NCBI GenBank assembly: GCA_031361905.1
Contig: JANLRV010000085.1
Coordinates: 1-59,857 of the forward strand
DNA: 59,857 bases
Direction of reading: 5' to 3'
Source of the DNA: Actinomycetes bacterium
GTDB lineage: Bacteria; Actinomycetota; Thermoleophilia; Gaiellales; JALYLC01
Both the position numbers and the translations under genes were made by a program. Each line of letters opens with the position of its first letter. Position 1 is the stretch's first letter. Below are positions 28,218 to 37,940 of the stretch, in pieces. The notes under the pieces are model-generated. The model saw nothing but the letters and a program-made list of their open reading frames with translations, was not told the DNA's origin and made no database searches.

Positions 28218-28920
28218 CGCCCGTCGCCTGCCGCAGCCGCTCGACCTCGGCGGCGGTCAGCGCGCGCTGGCGGCCCATCCCGAGCTGCCCCAGGGTGAGG
28301 CCGCCGTAGGACGTGCGGCGCAGCGCGATCACCTCGTGGCCGACGGCCTCGCACATGCGGCGGACCTGGTGGTTCTTGCCCTCGTGCACCGTGATCTCGA
28401 GCGTCGTGCCCCCGCGCCCGGTGTGCAGGATGCGTGCCTGCGCGGGAGCGGTCTTGCCGTCCTCCAGTGTGACGCCGAGGCAGAGCGCCTGCACGGCCGC
28501 GTCCGTGACGGTCCCGCGGACGAGCGCCTCGTAGGTCTTGTCGACGCCGAAGCTCGGGTGCATCAGCCGGTTGGCGAGCTCGCCGTCGTTCGTCAAGAGC
28601 AGCACCCCGGTCGTGTTCGTGTCGAGCCGCCCGACCGGAAAGAGCCGGGCGCTCGAGCGCCCCAGGTCGCCGACCGTCGGGCGGCCGTGCGTGTCCGAGA
28701 GCGTCGTCACGGTCCCCGCAGGCTTGTGCAGGAGCACGTACTCGAAGGCGTCCGGCGCGACGATCCGGCCGTCGAGGCGCACGACGTCGCCGTCGGCGAC
28801 AGCGCGTCCGGGAGTCAGCTCGACGACGTCGTTGATCGTCACGCGGCCGTCGAGTGCGAGCTGCTCGACCGCTCGCCTCGAGCCGAGGCCGCAGGCGGCC
28901 AGGTAGCGGTTCAGGCGCAT
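28210..28920 (-). CDS. rluB: Pseudouridine synthase, RsuA/RluB family
   Basis: S4 domain plus the catalytic motif FPVGRLDTNTTGVLLLTNDG. Confidence 0.88.
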   Translation of the reverse strand: MRLNRYLAACGLGSRRAVEQLALDGRVTINDVVELTPGRAVADGDVVRLDGRIVAPDAFEYVLLHKPAGTVTTLSDTHGRPTVGDLGRSSARLFPVGRLDTNTTGVLLLTNDGELANRLMHPSFGVDKTYEALVRGTVTDAAVQALCLGVTLEDGKTAPAQARILHTGRGGTTLEITVHEGKNHQVRRMCEAVGHEVIALRRTSYGGLTLGQLGMGRQRALTAAEVERLRQATGDG

Positions 28921-28935
28921 CGGAGCCGTGCCACG

Positions 28936-29508
28936 TCAGTCGCGCAGCGCGGCGAGCTCGTGCAGGCGGTCGCGCAGCGCGTCGGCGTCCGCGTCGTCAT
29001 GCCCGGCCAGCGGCGCGAGCCCGGCCGTGCCGCCCTCGAGCCCGAAGACGCGGTCGAACGTGCCCGTCGTGCGATAGAGGATCGGCGCACCGAGCGAGTC
29101 GCCCCGCCCGGCCTCGTCGATCAGCCCGCGCTCGATCAGGCCCTGCACGACCGCATCGGAGGAGACGCCGCGGATGCGCGAGATCTCGGGCCTGCCAACG
29201 GGCTGCAGGTACGCGATCACGGCGAGCGTCTCGAGCGCGGCAGCCGAGAGCCCCCGCTCGGGCATGCGGTCCTGCAGGCGGCTCGCGGCCTCGGCCGGTG
29301 GTCCCGCTGCCGCCCGCAGGCCGTAGCGACCGCTGACGCGGTCCAGCACGACGCCCGAACGGCGGCCGGCGAGCCGGTCCTGAAGCTCCTCGAGGGCACG
29401 GTCGATCGCGGTCTCGTCGGCCTCCGCGGCGACGGCGAGATCGCCGCGCGAGAGCGGCTCGGCGGCCACGAAGAGCAGCGCCTCGACGACGGCGACGAGA
29501 TCGCTCAC
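28936..29508 (-). CDS. scpB: Segregation and condensation protein B
   Basis: VVEALLFVAAEPLS N-terminus, winged-helix repeats; 4-nt overlap with scpA. Confidence 0.88.
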   Translation of the reverse strand: MSDLVAVVEALLFVAAEPLSRGDLAVAAEADETAIDRALEELQDRLAGRRSGVVLDRVSGRYGLRAAAGPPAEAASRLQDRMPERGLSAAALETLAVIAYLQPVGRPEISRIRGVSSDAVVQGLIERGLIDEAGRGDSLGAPILYRTTGTFDRVFGLEGGTAGLAPLAGHDDADADALRDRLHELAALRD

Positions 29509-30296
29509 GCGACCGCCTCACGGTCGCCGGCGACGACGTTCTCGACCGTCGCGCGCAGCACGAGCCCGGCGACGCGCGAGCGCGTGACGCCGATCTCGCC
29601 GAACAGGGAGGCCTGTCGCACCTGCACCTCCTCGCGCTTGACGAGCTCGAGCAGCGCGACGAACGCGGCAGCGTGCTCGGCGACCGAGAGGCCGCGGACC
29701 TCCTCGTCGAAGGTGAACGACGCGCGCGTGCGGAGCAGGCGCCGGAAGCGGTCGACGAACGGGCGGACGGGCACCGTGCGCCCGCGGATCACGACCTCGC
29801 CGAGCACTGCGGGCGGCTCGAGCAGCAGCAGCATCGCCTCGGCGAGGCGGGCGGGCTGCTCCTCGACGAGCTCTGCCGGAGGCCGGGGCGGCGCGAGCGG
29901 CGCCCGGCCGGCGCGGAAGACCCGGAGGCCGGCGGCCAGCTTGCGCTCGGCGAGCCCGGCGGCGGCCTGCTTGAAACGCTGGTACTCGGCGAGGCGCGCG
30001 GCCAGCTCGGCGGCGGCCTCGTCGGCGTCGACCTCCTCGAGCTCGTCGTCATCCGCGTCGACGAGCAGCCGGCTCTTCAGCTCGCAGAGCGCGGCGACCA
30101 GCACGAGGAACTCCGAGACCGCCTCGAGGTCGATCGCCTGCTCCTCCTCGAGCCGTCCGAGGTAGGCGAGCACGATCTCGAGGACCGGGACCTCGACGAG
30201 CTCGAGCTCGCTGCGCAGGACGAGCGCGAGCAGCAGGTCGAACGGCCCGCTGAAAGCATCGAGATCGAGGTCGAGGTCAAGCGCGGAGCGGCTCAC
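29505..30296 (-). CDS. scpA: Segregation and condensation protein A (kleisin)
   Basis: FSGPFDLLLALV motif; acidic central region; directly upstream of scpB. Confidence 0.88.
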   Translation of the reverse strand: MSRSALDLDLDLDAFSGPFDLLLALVLRSELELVEVPVLEIVLAYLGRLEEEQAIDLEAVSEFLVLVAALCELKSRLLVDADDDELEEVDADEAAAELAARLAEYQRFKQAAAGLAERKLAAGLRVFRAGRAPLAPPRPPAELVEEQPARLAEAMLLLLEPPAVLGEVVIRGRTVPVRPFVDRFRRLLRTRASFTFDEEVRGLSVAEHAAAFVALLELVKREEVQVRQASLFGEIGVTRSRVAGLVLRATVENVVAGDREAVA

Positions 30297-30326
30297 CCGC
30301 GCAGTCTCCCAGATCCAGCGGACGAC

Positions 30327-30360
30327 GATCCGCTATCCGCGATATCTCAGATAGCGGATC
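30327..30360. repeat. Inverted repeat GATCCGCTATC-(12 nt)-GATAGCGGATC
   Basis: Perfect 11-bp arms. Lies between the TIM-barrel gene stop (30430) and the scpA start (30296). Confidence 0.85.
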
Positions 30361-30429
30361 TGCCGGACGAGGAGCTCGCGAGGCAGCGCCGAGGGACCCG
30401 CCGGCAGGCGGTCGTGACGAGCCGTCGGG

Positions 30430-31437
30430 TTACTGCGCCTCCTTGTCGAACGCGGCATCGAAGGCGACGGCCGAGGGCGCGAAGTCGAGCCGCTTGACGA
30501 ACGCCGCCGACTCGGTCGCGCCGTGCTCGCGATCCATCCGCGAGTCCTCCCATTCGATGCTCAGCGGCCCGGCGTAGCCGACGTCGTTGAGCGCGACGAT
30601 GATCTCCTCGAAGTTGATGTCGCCGCGTCCCACCGAGCGGAAGTCCCAGGCGCGCCGTGCGTCGCCGAAGCTGACGTGGCCGCCGAACGTGCCGACCGAG
30701 CCGTCGCCGTGGCCCCACCACGCGTCCTTCATGTGGGCGTGGAAGATCCGCTCGCCGAAGGCGCGGATGAAGCCGACGTAGTCGACTCCCTGATAGCCGA
30801 GGTGCGAGGGGTCGTAGTTGAAGCCGAAGCGGCGGTGGCCGCCGACCGCCGCGAGGGCCCGCTGCGCGGATGCCGTGTCGAAAGCGATCTCGGTGGGATG
30901 CACCTCGAGCGCGAAGTTGATGCCCTGCCGGTCGAACTCGTCGAGGATCGGCGTCCAGCGCGCGCCGAAGTCCGCGAAGCCGCGCTCCCAGAACTCCTGG
31001 CTCGTCGGCGGGAAGGCGTAGATCGAGTGCCAGATGCTCGAGCCCGTGAAGCCGTTGACGACGCCGACGCCGAATGCCCTGGCAGCCTTCGCGGTGTCGA
31101 TCATCTCCTGCGCGGCGCGCCGGCGCACGCCCTCGGGGTCGCCGTCGCCCCAGATCGCCGGTGAGAGGATCGCCTGGTGGCGCTCGTCGATCAGGTCGCA
31201 GACCGCCTGGCCCACGAGGTGGTTCGAGATCGCGTGGCACTGCATCCCGTGCGCGTCGAGGAGGGCGCGCTTGGCCTGAAGGTAGGCCGGATCGGCGAGC
31301 GCCGCCTGGACGTCGAAGTGATCGCCCCAGCAGGCAAGCTCGAGGCCGTCATAGCCCATCGACCTGGCGAGCGGGGCGAGATCGGCGAGCGGCAGGTCGG
31401 CCCACTGGCCGGTGAAGAGGGTGACGGGTCGTGGCAT
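30430..31437 (-). CDS. Sugar phosphate isomerase/epimerase (xylose isomerase-like TIM barrel)
   Basis: 335 aa; [23 protein letters not shown] and SIEWED blocks typical of this TIM-barrel family. Confidence 0.8.
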   Translation of the reverse strand: MPRPVTLFTGQWADLPLADLAPLARSMGYDGLELACWGDHFDVQAALADPAYLQAKRALLDAHGMQCHAISNHLVGQAVCDLIDERHQAILSPAIWGDGDPEGVRRRAAQEMIDTAKAARAFGVGVVNGFTGSSIWHSIYAFPPTSQEFWERGFADFGARWTPILDEFDRQGINFALEVHPTEIAFDTASAQRALAAVGGHRRFGFNYDPSHLGYQGVDYVGFIRAFGERIFHAHMKDAWWGHGDGSVGTFGGHVSFGDARRAWDFRSVGRGDINFEEIIVALNDVGYAGPLSIEWEDSRMDREHGATESAAFVKRLDFAPSAVAFDAAFDKEAQ

Positions 31438-31457
31438 GGCCCGACTGTACCGCTCGC

Positions 31458-34400
31458 TCAGACGAGCTGCGCCTCGCCGCCGAGCACCCGTACCTCGCTG
31501 AAGAAATCGGGCGCGGGCTTGACCTTGTAGCCGGGGCCGAGCCGAAGCCGCCGCGGTCCCTCGCCGGTCGCGATCTCGACGACGATCGGCGACTCGCCGG
31601 GGAATTCCCCGATCAGGCGGACGAGGTCCTCGACGAAACGCGGGCTCGTCGTGCGACCGTCGACGCGCACGCGGACCTCGCCGATCTCGGGCGCCAGGGC
31701 GAAGCTCGTGATCTCGAGCGCGCGCAGCTTCGCCTCGCCCTCATCGCGGCGCTCGACCGATCCGCGCACGATCACGACGGCGTCCTCGTGCAGGAGCTCC
31801 CGGCACATCGCGTAGGTCTTGCCGAAGACGATCACCTCGATCTGCCCGACGGTGTCGTCGAGCTGCAGGAACGCCATCGGATCGCCGCTCCGGGTCGTGT
31901 GCACGCGCATCGTCGCGATCATCCCGCCGATCGTGACGATCGCGCGGTCGCGCTGGCCCTCGAGCTCGGCGAGCGGCAGGTCGACGCGCCGCCGCAGCTC
32001 GCTCGCGATCTCGTTCAGCGGGTGGCTCGTGAGGTAGAGGCCGAGCGTCTCCTTCTCGAGCGTCAGGAGCTCCTTCTGCTCGAACTCGGGCCCGACGATC
32101 GCCGGACGGTGCCGCTCGGGCGGCGCGTCGGCGACGGGGCCGCCGAGGTCGAAGATCGAGCCCTGGCCGAGCAGCGCGTCGGCCTGTGCCTTCTGCCCCG
32201 CCGACGCGGCTGCCTCGAGCACCTCCAGCATCGCGCGACGCGACGACCCGGTCGAGTCGAGGGCGCCGCACTTGACGAGGCTCTCGAGCACGCGCTTGTT
32301 CGCCTGCTGCGCGTCGACCCGCTCGCAGAACTCCCAGAGCGAGCTGAATGGCCCGTCGCTCTCGCGGGCGTGCACGATCGCACGCACCGCCGACTCCCCC
32401 ACGCCCTTGACCGCGCTCAGGCCGAAGCGGATCTTGCCGTCGACGACGGCGAAGTCGCCGGCCGAGGAGTTGACGTCGGGGGGCAGCACGGGAATCTGCA
32501 TCTCGTTGCACGCCGAGACGTAGAACGGCACCTTGTCCTTGGTCTGCATCACGGACGAGATCAGGGCCGCCATGTACGGCTCCGGGTAGTTTGCCTTGAG
32601 ATAGGCCGTGCGATAGGCGATCAGCGCGTAGCAGGCGGCGTGGGCCTTGTTGAAGGAGTAGTCCGCGCTCCGCTCGTTCTCGCCCCAGAGCGACTCCGCA
32701 ACCGTCCGCGCGACCCCGTTCGCGACGCAGCCGTCGAGGAACTTGCTCTGCAGCGACGCCATCAGCTCGTGATCCTTCTTGCCGATCGCCTTGCGCAGGT
32801 CGTCGGCCTCGGCGGGCGAGAATCCGGCCAGATCCTTGGCGATCTGCATCGCCTGCTCCTGGTAGATGTAGACGCCCTGCGTCGAGCTGAGGATCGGCTC
32901 GAGCCGCGGATCCGAGTACGTGACAGGCTCCTGGCCGCCCTTGCGGCGCGCGTACACCGGGATGTTCGCCATCGGACCGGGCCGGTACAGCGCCACGAGC
33001 GCGACGAGGTCCTCGAACTCCGTCGGCTTGACCTGCCGGAGGGCGTCGCGCATGCCGCTCGACTCGAACTGGAAGACGCCGAGCGCGTCGCCGCGCTGCA
33101 GCAGCTCGTAGGTCTTCGCATCGTCGAGCACGAGGTCGGAGAGATCGCCGAGGTCGACCCCGTAGGTCTGCTGGACGAGCACCACGGCCTCGTCGATGAC
33201 GTCGAGGTTGCGCAGGCCGAGGAAGTCCATCTTGAGCAGCCCGAGCGCCTCGACGTCACCCATCGGATACTGCGTCACGAGCTCGGCGTCGACGCCCTTC
33301 TGCTGCAGCGGCAGGTACTCGGAGAGCGGGCGGTCACCGATCACGACGCCGGCGGCGTGGATCGAGTCGGCGCGCACCAGGCCCTCGAGCGGGCGCGCCA
33401 TGTCGACGACCTGCCGGACCGTCTCATCCTCGTGGTACGCCTTGAAGAGGTCCTGACCCGGCTTCATCGCGTCGTCGAAGCCGACCTTGACGCCCTCGGG
33501 GATCATCTTCGCGATGCGATCGACGGCGCCGTAGGGCAGGCCCATCACACGTCCCGCGTCGCGCGTCGCGGCCTTCGCGGCGAGCTTCGAGAACGTGATG
33601 ATCTGGGCGACGCGCTCGCGGCCGTACTTCTCGGTGACGTAGTTCATCACGCGCTCGCGTCCGTGCACCGAGAAGTCGATGTCGATGTCGGGCATCGACT
33701 TGCGTCCCGGGTTGAGGAAGCGCTCGAAGAGCAGGTCGTAGCGGATCGGGTCGAGGTCGGTGATCCGCAGGCAGTACGCGACGAGCGAGCCGGCGGCCGA
33801 TCCGCGGCCAGGCCCGACGCTGATGCCGCTCGTCTTGGCGAAGCGCACGAAGTCCCAGACGATCAGGAAGTAGTCGGCGAAGCCCATCTCGCGGATCGTC
33901 TGCAGCTCGAACTCGAGACGGTCGCGGAGCGCGTCCGTGATCGCCGGATAGCGTTCCGAGAGGCCCTGCTCGCAGAGCCGCCGGAGCATGCCGAAGGCGT
34001 CACCGGCAGCCTCGTCGAAGTGCGGCAGCCGGATCGCGCCGAGCTCCAGCGTGACGTTGCAGCGCTCCGCGATCTCGAGCGTGTGCGCGAGCAGCGGGTC
34101 ACCGCCCCAGCGCGCCATCACCGAGCTCATCTCGGCCGGGGTCTTGAGGTAGAAGTCGTTCGTCGAGAACTTGAAGCGCTTGGGGTTCGAGAGCAGGTCG
34201 TTCGTCTGGATGCAGAGCAACGCCTCGTGCGGGATCGCATCCTCCGCGCGCAGGTAGTGCACGTCGCCGGTGCCCACGAGTGGCAGTCCCGTCTCGGCGG
34301 CGAGTCGCTGCAGGCCCGGGTTGACCTGCGCGTGCTCGGGAATGCCCGCGTCCTGCAGCTCGACGTAGACGTCGTCGGGGCCGAAGATCTGCACGAGCCG

Positions 34401-34889
34401 GTCGAGCTCTGCGCGGGCATCGTCGTAGTTGTCGCGCATCAGCGCCTGGCAGACGCGGCCGGCGAGGCAGCCCGAGAGGGCGATGATCCCGTCGGCGTGG
34501 CGCTCGAGCAGCTCGAAGTCGACGCGGGGCTTGTAGTAGTAGCCCTCGAGATAGCCGAGCGTGCAGAGCTTGATCAGGTTGTGATAGCCGGCGTCGGTCT
34601 CGGCGAGCAGCGTCAGGTGGTTCCAGTGGCGCTCGCCCGACTGCTGGCGGGTGCGTCGATCCTCGACGAGGTAGATCTCGCAGCCGAGCAGCGGCTTGAT
34701 CCCCTGCTTCCTCGCGGTGCGGTAGAGCTCGACGGCGCCGGCCATCGAGCCGTGGTCGGTGATCCCGACCGCGGGCATCTCGAGCTCGGCTGCGCGGGCG
34801 ACGAGCTGCGGGATGCGGCAGGCCCCGTCGAGCACCGAGTACTCCGAGTGGACATGCAGGTGGGCGTACTTCGGCACAGACTCGGTCAC
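31458..34889 (-). CDS. dnaE: DNA polymerase III subunit alpha
   Basis: PHP domain [14 protein letters not shown], polymerase core and OB-fold tail. About 1143 aa from GTG 34889 (alternative 34898). The rest of the 1420-aa ORF is a stop-free upstream run. Confidence 0.92.
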   Translation of the reverse strand: MTESVPKYAHLHVHSEYSVLDGACRIPQLVARAAELEMPAVGITDHGSMAGAVELYRTARKQGIKPLLGCEIYLVEDRRTRQQSGERHWNHLTLLAETDAGYHNLIKLCTLGYLEGYYYKPRVDFELLERHADGIIALSGCLAGRVCQALMRDNYDDARAELDRLVQIFGPDDVYVELQDAGIPEHAQVNPGLQRLAAETGLPLVGTGDVHYLRAEDAIPHEALLCIQTNDLLSNPKRFKFSTNDFYLKTPAEMSSVMARWGGDPLLAHTLEIAERCNVTLELGAIRLPHFDEAAGDAFGMLRRLCEQGLSERYPAITDALRDRLEFELQTIREMGFADYFLIVWDFVRFAKTSGISVGPGRGSAAGSLVAYCLRITDLDPIRYDLLFERFLNPGRKSMPDIDIDFSVHGRERVMNYVTEKYGRERVAQIITFSKLAAKAATRDAGRVMGLPYGAVDRIAKMIPEGVKVGFDDAMKPGQDLFKAYHEDETVRQVVDMARPLEGLVRADSIHAAGVVIGDRPLSEYLPLQQKGVDAELVTQYPMGDVEALGLLKMDFLGLRNLDVIDEAVVLVQQTYGVDLGDLSDLVLDDAKTYELLQRGDALGVFQFESSGMRDALRQVKPTEFEDLVALVALYRPGPMANIPVYARRKGGQEPVTYSDPRLEPILSSTQGVYIYQEQAMQIAKDLAGFSPAEADDLRKAIGKKDHELMASLQSKFLDGCVANGVARTVAESLWGENERSADYSFNKAHAACYALIAYRTAYLKANYPEPYMAALISSVMQTKDKVPFYVSACNEMQIPVLPPDVNSSAGDFAVVDGKIRFGLSAVKGVGESAVRAIVHARESDGPFSSLWEFCERVDAQQANKRVLESLVKCGALDSTGSSRRAMLEVLEAAASAGQKAQADALLGQGSIFDLGGPVADAPPERHRPAIVGPEFEQKELLTLEKETLGLYLTSHPLNEIASELRRRVDLPLAELEGQRDRAIVTIGGMIATMRVHTTRSGDPMAFLQLDDTVGQIEVIVFGKTYAMCRELLHEDAVVIVRGSVERRDEGEAKLRALEITSFALAPEIGEVRVRVDGRTTSPRFVEDLVRLIGEFPGESPIVVEIATGEGPRRLRLGPGYKVKPAPDFFSEVRVLGGEAQLV

Positions 34890-34932
34890 GGGCGACACAT
34901 CCTTGCACGCCCCGTCACGGACTCGCCGGGGC

Positions 34933-34967
34933 GTGAATAGCCCGGGGCCTGACCCCGGTCTATTCAC
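34933..34967. repeat. 35-nt hairpin repeat, copy 2 (loop inverted, one stem mismatch)
   Basis: GTGAATAGCCCGGGG-CCTGA-CCCCGGTCTATTCAC, in the divergent dnaE/mmcQ-like intergenic region. Confidence 0.9.
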
Positions 34968-34991
34968 AACGTGCGGTAGCCTCGGCGCGAG

Positions 34992-35348
34992 ATGGTCGCG
35001 CTCGCCCAGCTGCGCTCGCTCGCGCTCGCGCTGCCCGCCAGCGAGGAGGGCAGGTCGTACGGCACGATCGCCTTCAAGGTGCGTGGGAAGCTCTTCGCGC
35101 GGCTGCGGGACGACGACACCGTGCTCGCGCTGCGCGTCGAGGAGGGCACGAAGGAGGCGCTCGTGCAGGGTGCCGACGAGACGTTCTTCACGACGCCCCA
35201 CTACGACGGCTACCCGTACGTGCTGATCCGCCTCGCGACCGTGGATCCGGCCGAGCTCGCCGAGCTGCTGGCGGAGGGCTGGCGCCAGCGCGCGCCGGCG
35301 CGGCTCGTCGCCGCGATCGACGCGGGTCAGGCCCGCGAGGGCGGCTGA
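34992..35348 (+). CDS. MmcQ/YjbR family DNA-binding protein
   Basis: 118 aa; FKVRGKLFARL and TTPHYDGYPYVLIRL blocks typical of the YjbR fold. Confidence 0.75.
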   Translation: MVALAQLRSLALALPASEEGRSYGTIAFKVRGKLFARLRDDDTVLALRVEEGTKEALVQGADETFFTTPHYDGYPYVLIRLATVDPAELAELLAEGWRQRAPARLVAAIDAGQAREGG

Positions 35349-35524
35349 TCCGCCGGCGGGGCGTCGGCGCGCGGCGGCTCGACGTGCGTCCAGTGACCGC
35401 CCTCGCGGCGTCGGCGCACCCGCTTCGCGGCGATCTCGGCGACCGGCTTGAGAACGGCCGCCTTCCGGACGGCCTTCTGCGCCACCACGCCGACCGTGAC
35501 GACCTTGACGGCCGTGCGAATCAC
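35327..35524 (-). CDS. Small basic hypothetical protein (65 aa)
   Basis: GTG 35524 overlaps the ispG stop (GTGA). Third-position GC is very high by inspection. Lys/Arg-rich; no recognisable family. Confidence 0.4.
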   Translation of the reverse strand: MIRTAVKVVTVGVVAQKAVRKAAVLKPVAEIAAKRVRRRREGGHWTHVEPPRADAPPADQPPSRA

Positions 35525-36639
35525 GCCCGCACCCTCCCGTGCGTCGCGAGGTCGCGCTTGCGCGTCCCCCGCTCCGGCCGCGGCATTCCGTCGGCGATCC
35601 ACGCGTCGATCTCGCGGAACAGCTCGTCGACGAGGACGGCCTGCTCGACCTTTCGGAGCACGCCGCCGTGCGCGTAGATGTGGCCTGCATCCCGTCCGCC
35701 CGCGATCCCGAAGTCGGCATCCCCCGCCTCGCCGGGACCGTTCACCGCACAGCCCATCACGGCGACCTCGAAATGCTGGGTGTAGGCCGCCAGGCGGTCG
35801 TTGACCTCGCCCGCGAGCTCGTGCACCTCGACGTTCGTGCGGCCACACGAGGGACACGCGATCAGCGTCGGCCCGAACTGCTTGAGGCCGAGCGACTTGA
35901 GGATCTCGATGCCCACCTTGACCTCTTCGACCGGGTCCGCGGTGAGCGAGACGCGGATCGTGTCGCCAATCCCCTGCGCGAGCAGCGCGCCGATCCCGAT
36001 CGACGACTTGACGATCCCCGTGCCGGGCAGACCGGCCTCCGTGACGCCCAGATGCAGCGGGTACGGGACGAGCTCGGAGAGCCGCCTGTAGGCCTCGATC
36101 ATGACCGGCACGCTCGTCGACTTGACCGAGATCTTGACCTCGCGGAAGTCCAGCTGCTCCAGCATCTGAACCTCCTCCATCGCCGCCTTGACGAGCGCGC
36201 CTGCGGGATCGGCCGTCGCCTCCGGGCGCAGGTGCATCGGCAGGGAGCCGGAGTTCGCACCGATCCGCATCGGCGTTCCCGTCTCCTGCGCCTTGCGCAC
36301 GACGAGCTCGACCTTGTCGGGGCCGCCGATGTTGCCGGGGTTGATCCGCACGGCGGCAACCCCCGCGTCGAACGCGCGGATCGCAAGCGAGGCGTTGAAG
36401 TGGATGTCGGCGATGATCGGCACCGGCGATCGCTCGACGATCTCGGGCAGCGCGTCGGCGTCAGGGGCGCCGGGGACCGCCACGCGCACGAGATCGACGC
36501 CCGCGGCGTGCAGCCGGCCGACCTCCGCGAGCGTCGCCTCGACATCGTGCGTCTTGGTCACGCACATCGACTGGATCGTGACCGGTGCGCCACCGCCGAT
36601 CGGGATGCCGCCAACCGTGATCTGTCGCTCGCTGGCCAC
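35521..36639 (-). CDS. ispG: 4-hydroxy-3-methylbut-2-en-1-yl diphosphate synthase
   Basis: VTIQSM, VRVAVP and CPSCGRT Fe-S cluster motifs; 372 aa. Confidence 0.92.
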   Translation of the reverse strand: MASERQITVGGIPIGGGAPVTIQSMCVTKTHDVEATLAEVGRLHAAGVDLVRVAVPGAPDADALPEIVERSPVPIIADIHFNASLAIRAFDAGVAAVRINPGNIGGPDKVELVVRKAQETGTPMRIGANSGSLPMHLRPEATADPAGALVKAAMEEVQMLEQLDFREVKISVKSTSVPVMIEAYRRLSELVPYPLHLGVTEAGLPGTGIVKSSIGIGALLAQGIGDTIRVSLTADPVEEVKVGIEILKSLGLKQFGPTLIACPSCGRTNVEVHELAGEVNDRLAAYTQHFEVAVMGCAVNGPGEAGDADFGIAGGRDAGHIYAHGGVLRKVEQAVLVDELFREIDAWIADGMPRPERGTRKRDLATHGRVRA

Positions 36640-36659
36640 GCCCGCAGTCTACGGGCGAC

Positions 36660-37940
36660 CTACGGGCTGACGATGCTCGGGTTGTGCAGGAGGCCGCCGA
36701 GGTCGTTCAGCAAGCCGATCGCGAAGAGGCCGAGCACGGCGGCGAGGCCGATCACCGAGACCCGCTCGTAGACCTCGCGGGCGATCGGCCGGCGGCGGAT
36801 GCGCTCGAGCACCGTAAAGAGGATGTGCCCGCCGTCGAGCGGCAGGAACGGCAGCAGGTTGACGAGCGCGAGACCCCACGAGAGCAGCGCGAGATAGAAC
36901 GGGAACTCTCCGCGGTCGACCGACCGGCTCGACTGCTGCACGGCGCCGACCGCCGACCCCATGCCGCGCCGCGTGTCCTTCTCGAAGATGTGCGCGAGCG
37001 CGGAGTAGGTGTTCGTCGTGATGTACCAGACCTGCCGCCCGGTGGTCTTCGCGGCCGCGACCGGACCCAGCCGCACGGTCTTCGTGGTGTAGCCGAAGCC
37101 GAAGCCGAGGACGCGCCGGCCGTCGGAGCTCTTCTCCGGCGTCACCGGACCGAGCGAGACCTTCGACGTCCCGCGCCTGATCGTCAGCGTGACCGTGCCA
37201 GGACGCTGGATCGCCGCTCGCACGGCCTCGTCGTTCCGAGCCGGCGCGCCGTTGACCGCGAGGATCACGTCGTCCGCGCGGAGACCCATGGTCGCAGCGA
37301 CGGATCCGGGCAGGACGACGTCGACCGAGCTCGTCAGCTTGTCGGGCACCTGGGCGCCCGTCACCCACCAGGCGAACAGGATCACGACCGCGGCGAGGAA
37401 GTTCATCGCCGGCCCCGCGAAGATCGCGACGAGGCGCCGCCACGTCTCCTTGCGCCAGTAGGCGTTCGGGTCGCAGTCCAGCACGAGCCGGTCGAGCTCC
37501 TTGGCACACCAGCCGAGCCGCTCGGGGTCGACCAGGTGGCTCTCGGCTGCGAGCGCGTCGCGCAGCCGCTGCAGCGCATCCAGCGAGGTCGCGGCGTCGG
37601 CGTTCGCATCGAGCGCGCGCTCGGCGCGCGCGAGCGCCGGGGTGAGGGCGTCGACGGCGGCCGGATCGCGCTCGGCCGTGGCGCGCTCGACCGTCTCGCG
37701 GCAGACGACCAGGTCGCCGCCCCGCGGGCGCGTCATGCCGACGATCTTGACGAACCCGCCGAGGGGGATCATGCCGATCCCGTACTCCGTGCCGCGCCAG
37801 GTCACGCTGGCGAGCTTCGGCGGGAAGAAGAGGAAGAAGCGCGTGGCGCGCATCCCGACCGCCTTGGCCGCGAGCAGGTGCCCGAGCTCGTGGATCACCA
37901 CGAGGAAGGCGAAGCCCGCGATCGCGACGCCGATGTTCAC
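36660..37940 (-). CDS. rseP: RIP metalloprotease RseP (site-2 protease, M50 with PDZ)
   Basis: HELGHLLAAK zinc motif, central PDZ-like region, C-terminal NLLPFLPLDGG motif. Confidence 0.9.
   Translation of the reverse strand: MNIGVAIAGFAFLVVIHELGHLLAAKAVGMRATRFFLFFPPKLASVTWRGTEYGIGMIPLGGFVKIVGMTRPRGGDLVVCRETVERATAERDPAAVDALTPALARAERALDANADAATSLDALQRLRDALAAESHLVDPERLGWCAKELDRLVLDCDPNAYWRKETWRRLVAIFAGPAMNFLAAVVILFAWWVTGAQVPDKLTSSVDVVLPGSVAATMGLRADDVILAVNGAPARNDEAVRAAIQRPGTVTLTIRRGTSKVSLGPVTPEKSSDGRRVLGFGFGYTTKTVRLGPVAAAKTTGRQVWYITTNTYSALAHIFEKDTRRGMGSAVGAVQQSSRSVDRGEFPFYLALLSWGLALVNLLPFLPLDGGHILFTVLERIRRRPIAREVYERVSVIGLAAVLGLFAIGLLNDLGGLLHNPSIVSP

Noticed and set aside
31431-34940. 1169-aa plus-strand ORF
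   Set aside because: It is exactly antisense to dnaE. It has no recognisable motifs and a shadow-frame composition.
34890-35720. Upstream extension of the dnaE ORF to 1420 aa
   Set aside because: It runs through the hairpin repeat, the mmcQ-like gene (opposite strand) and ispG. The PHP domain begins right after GTG 34889.
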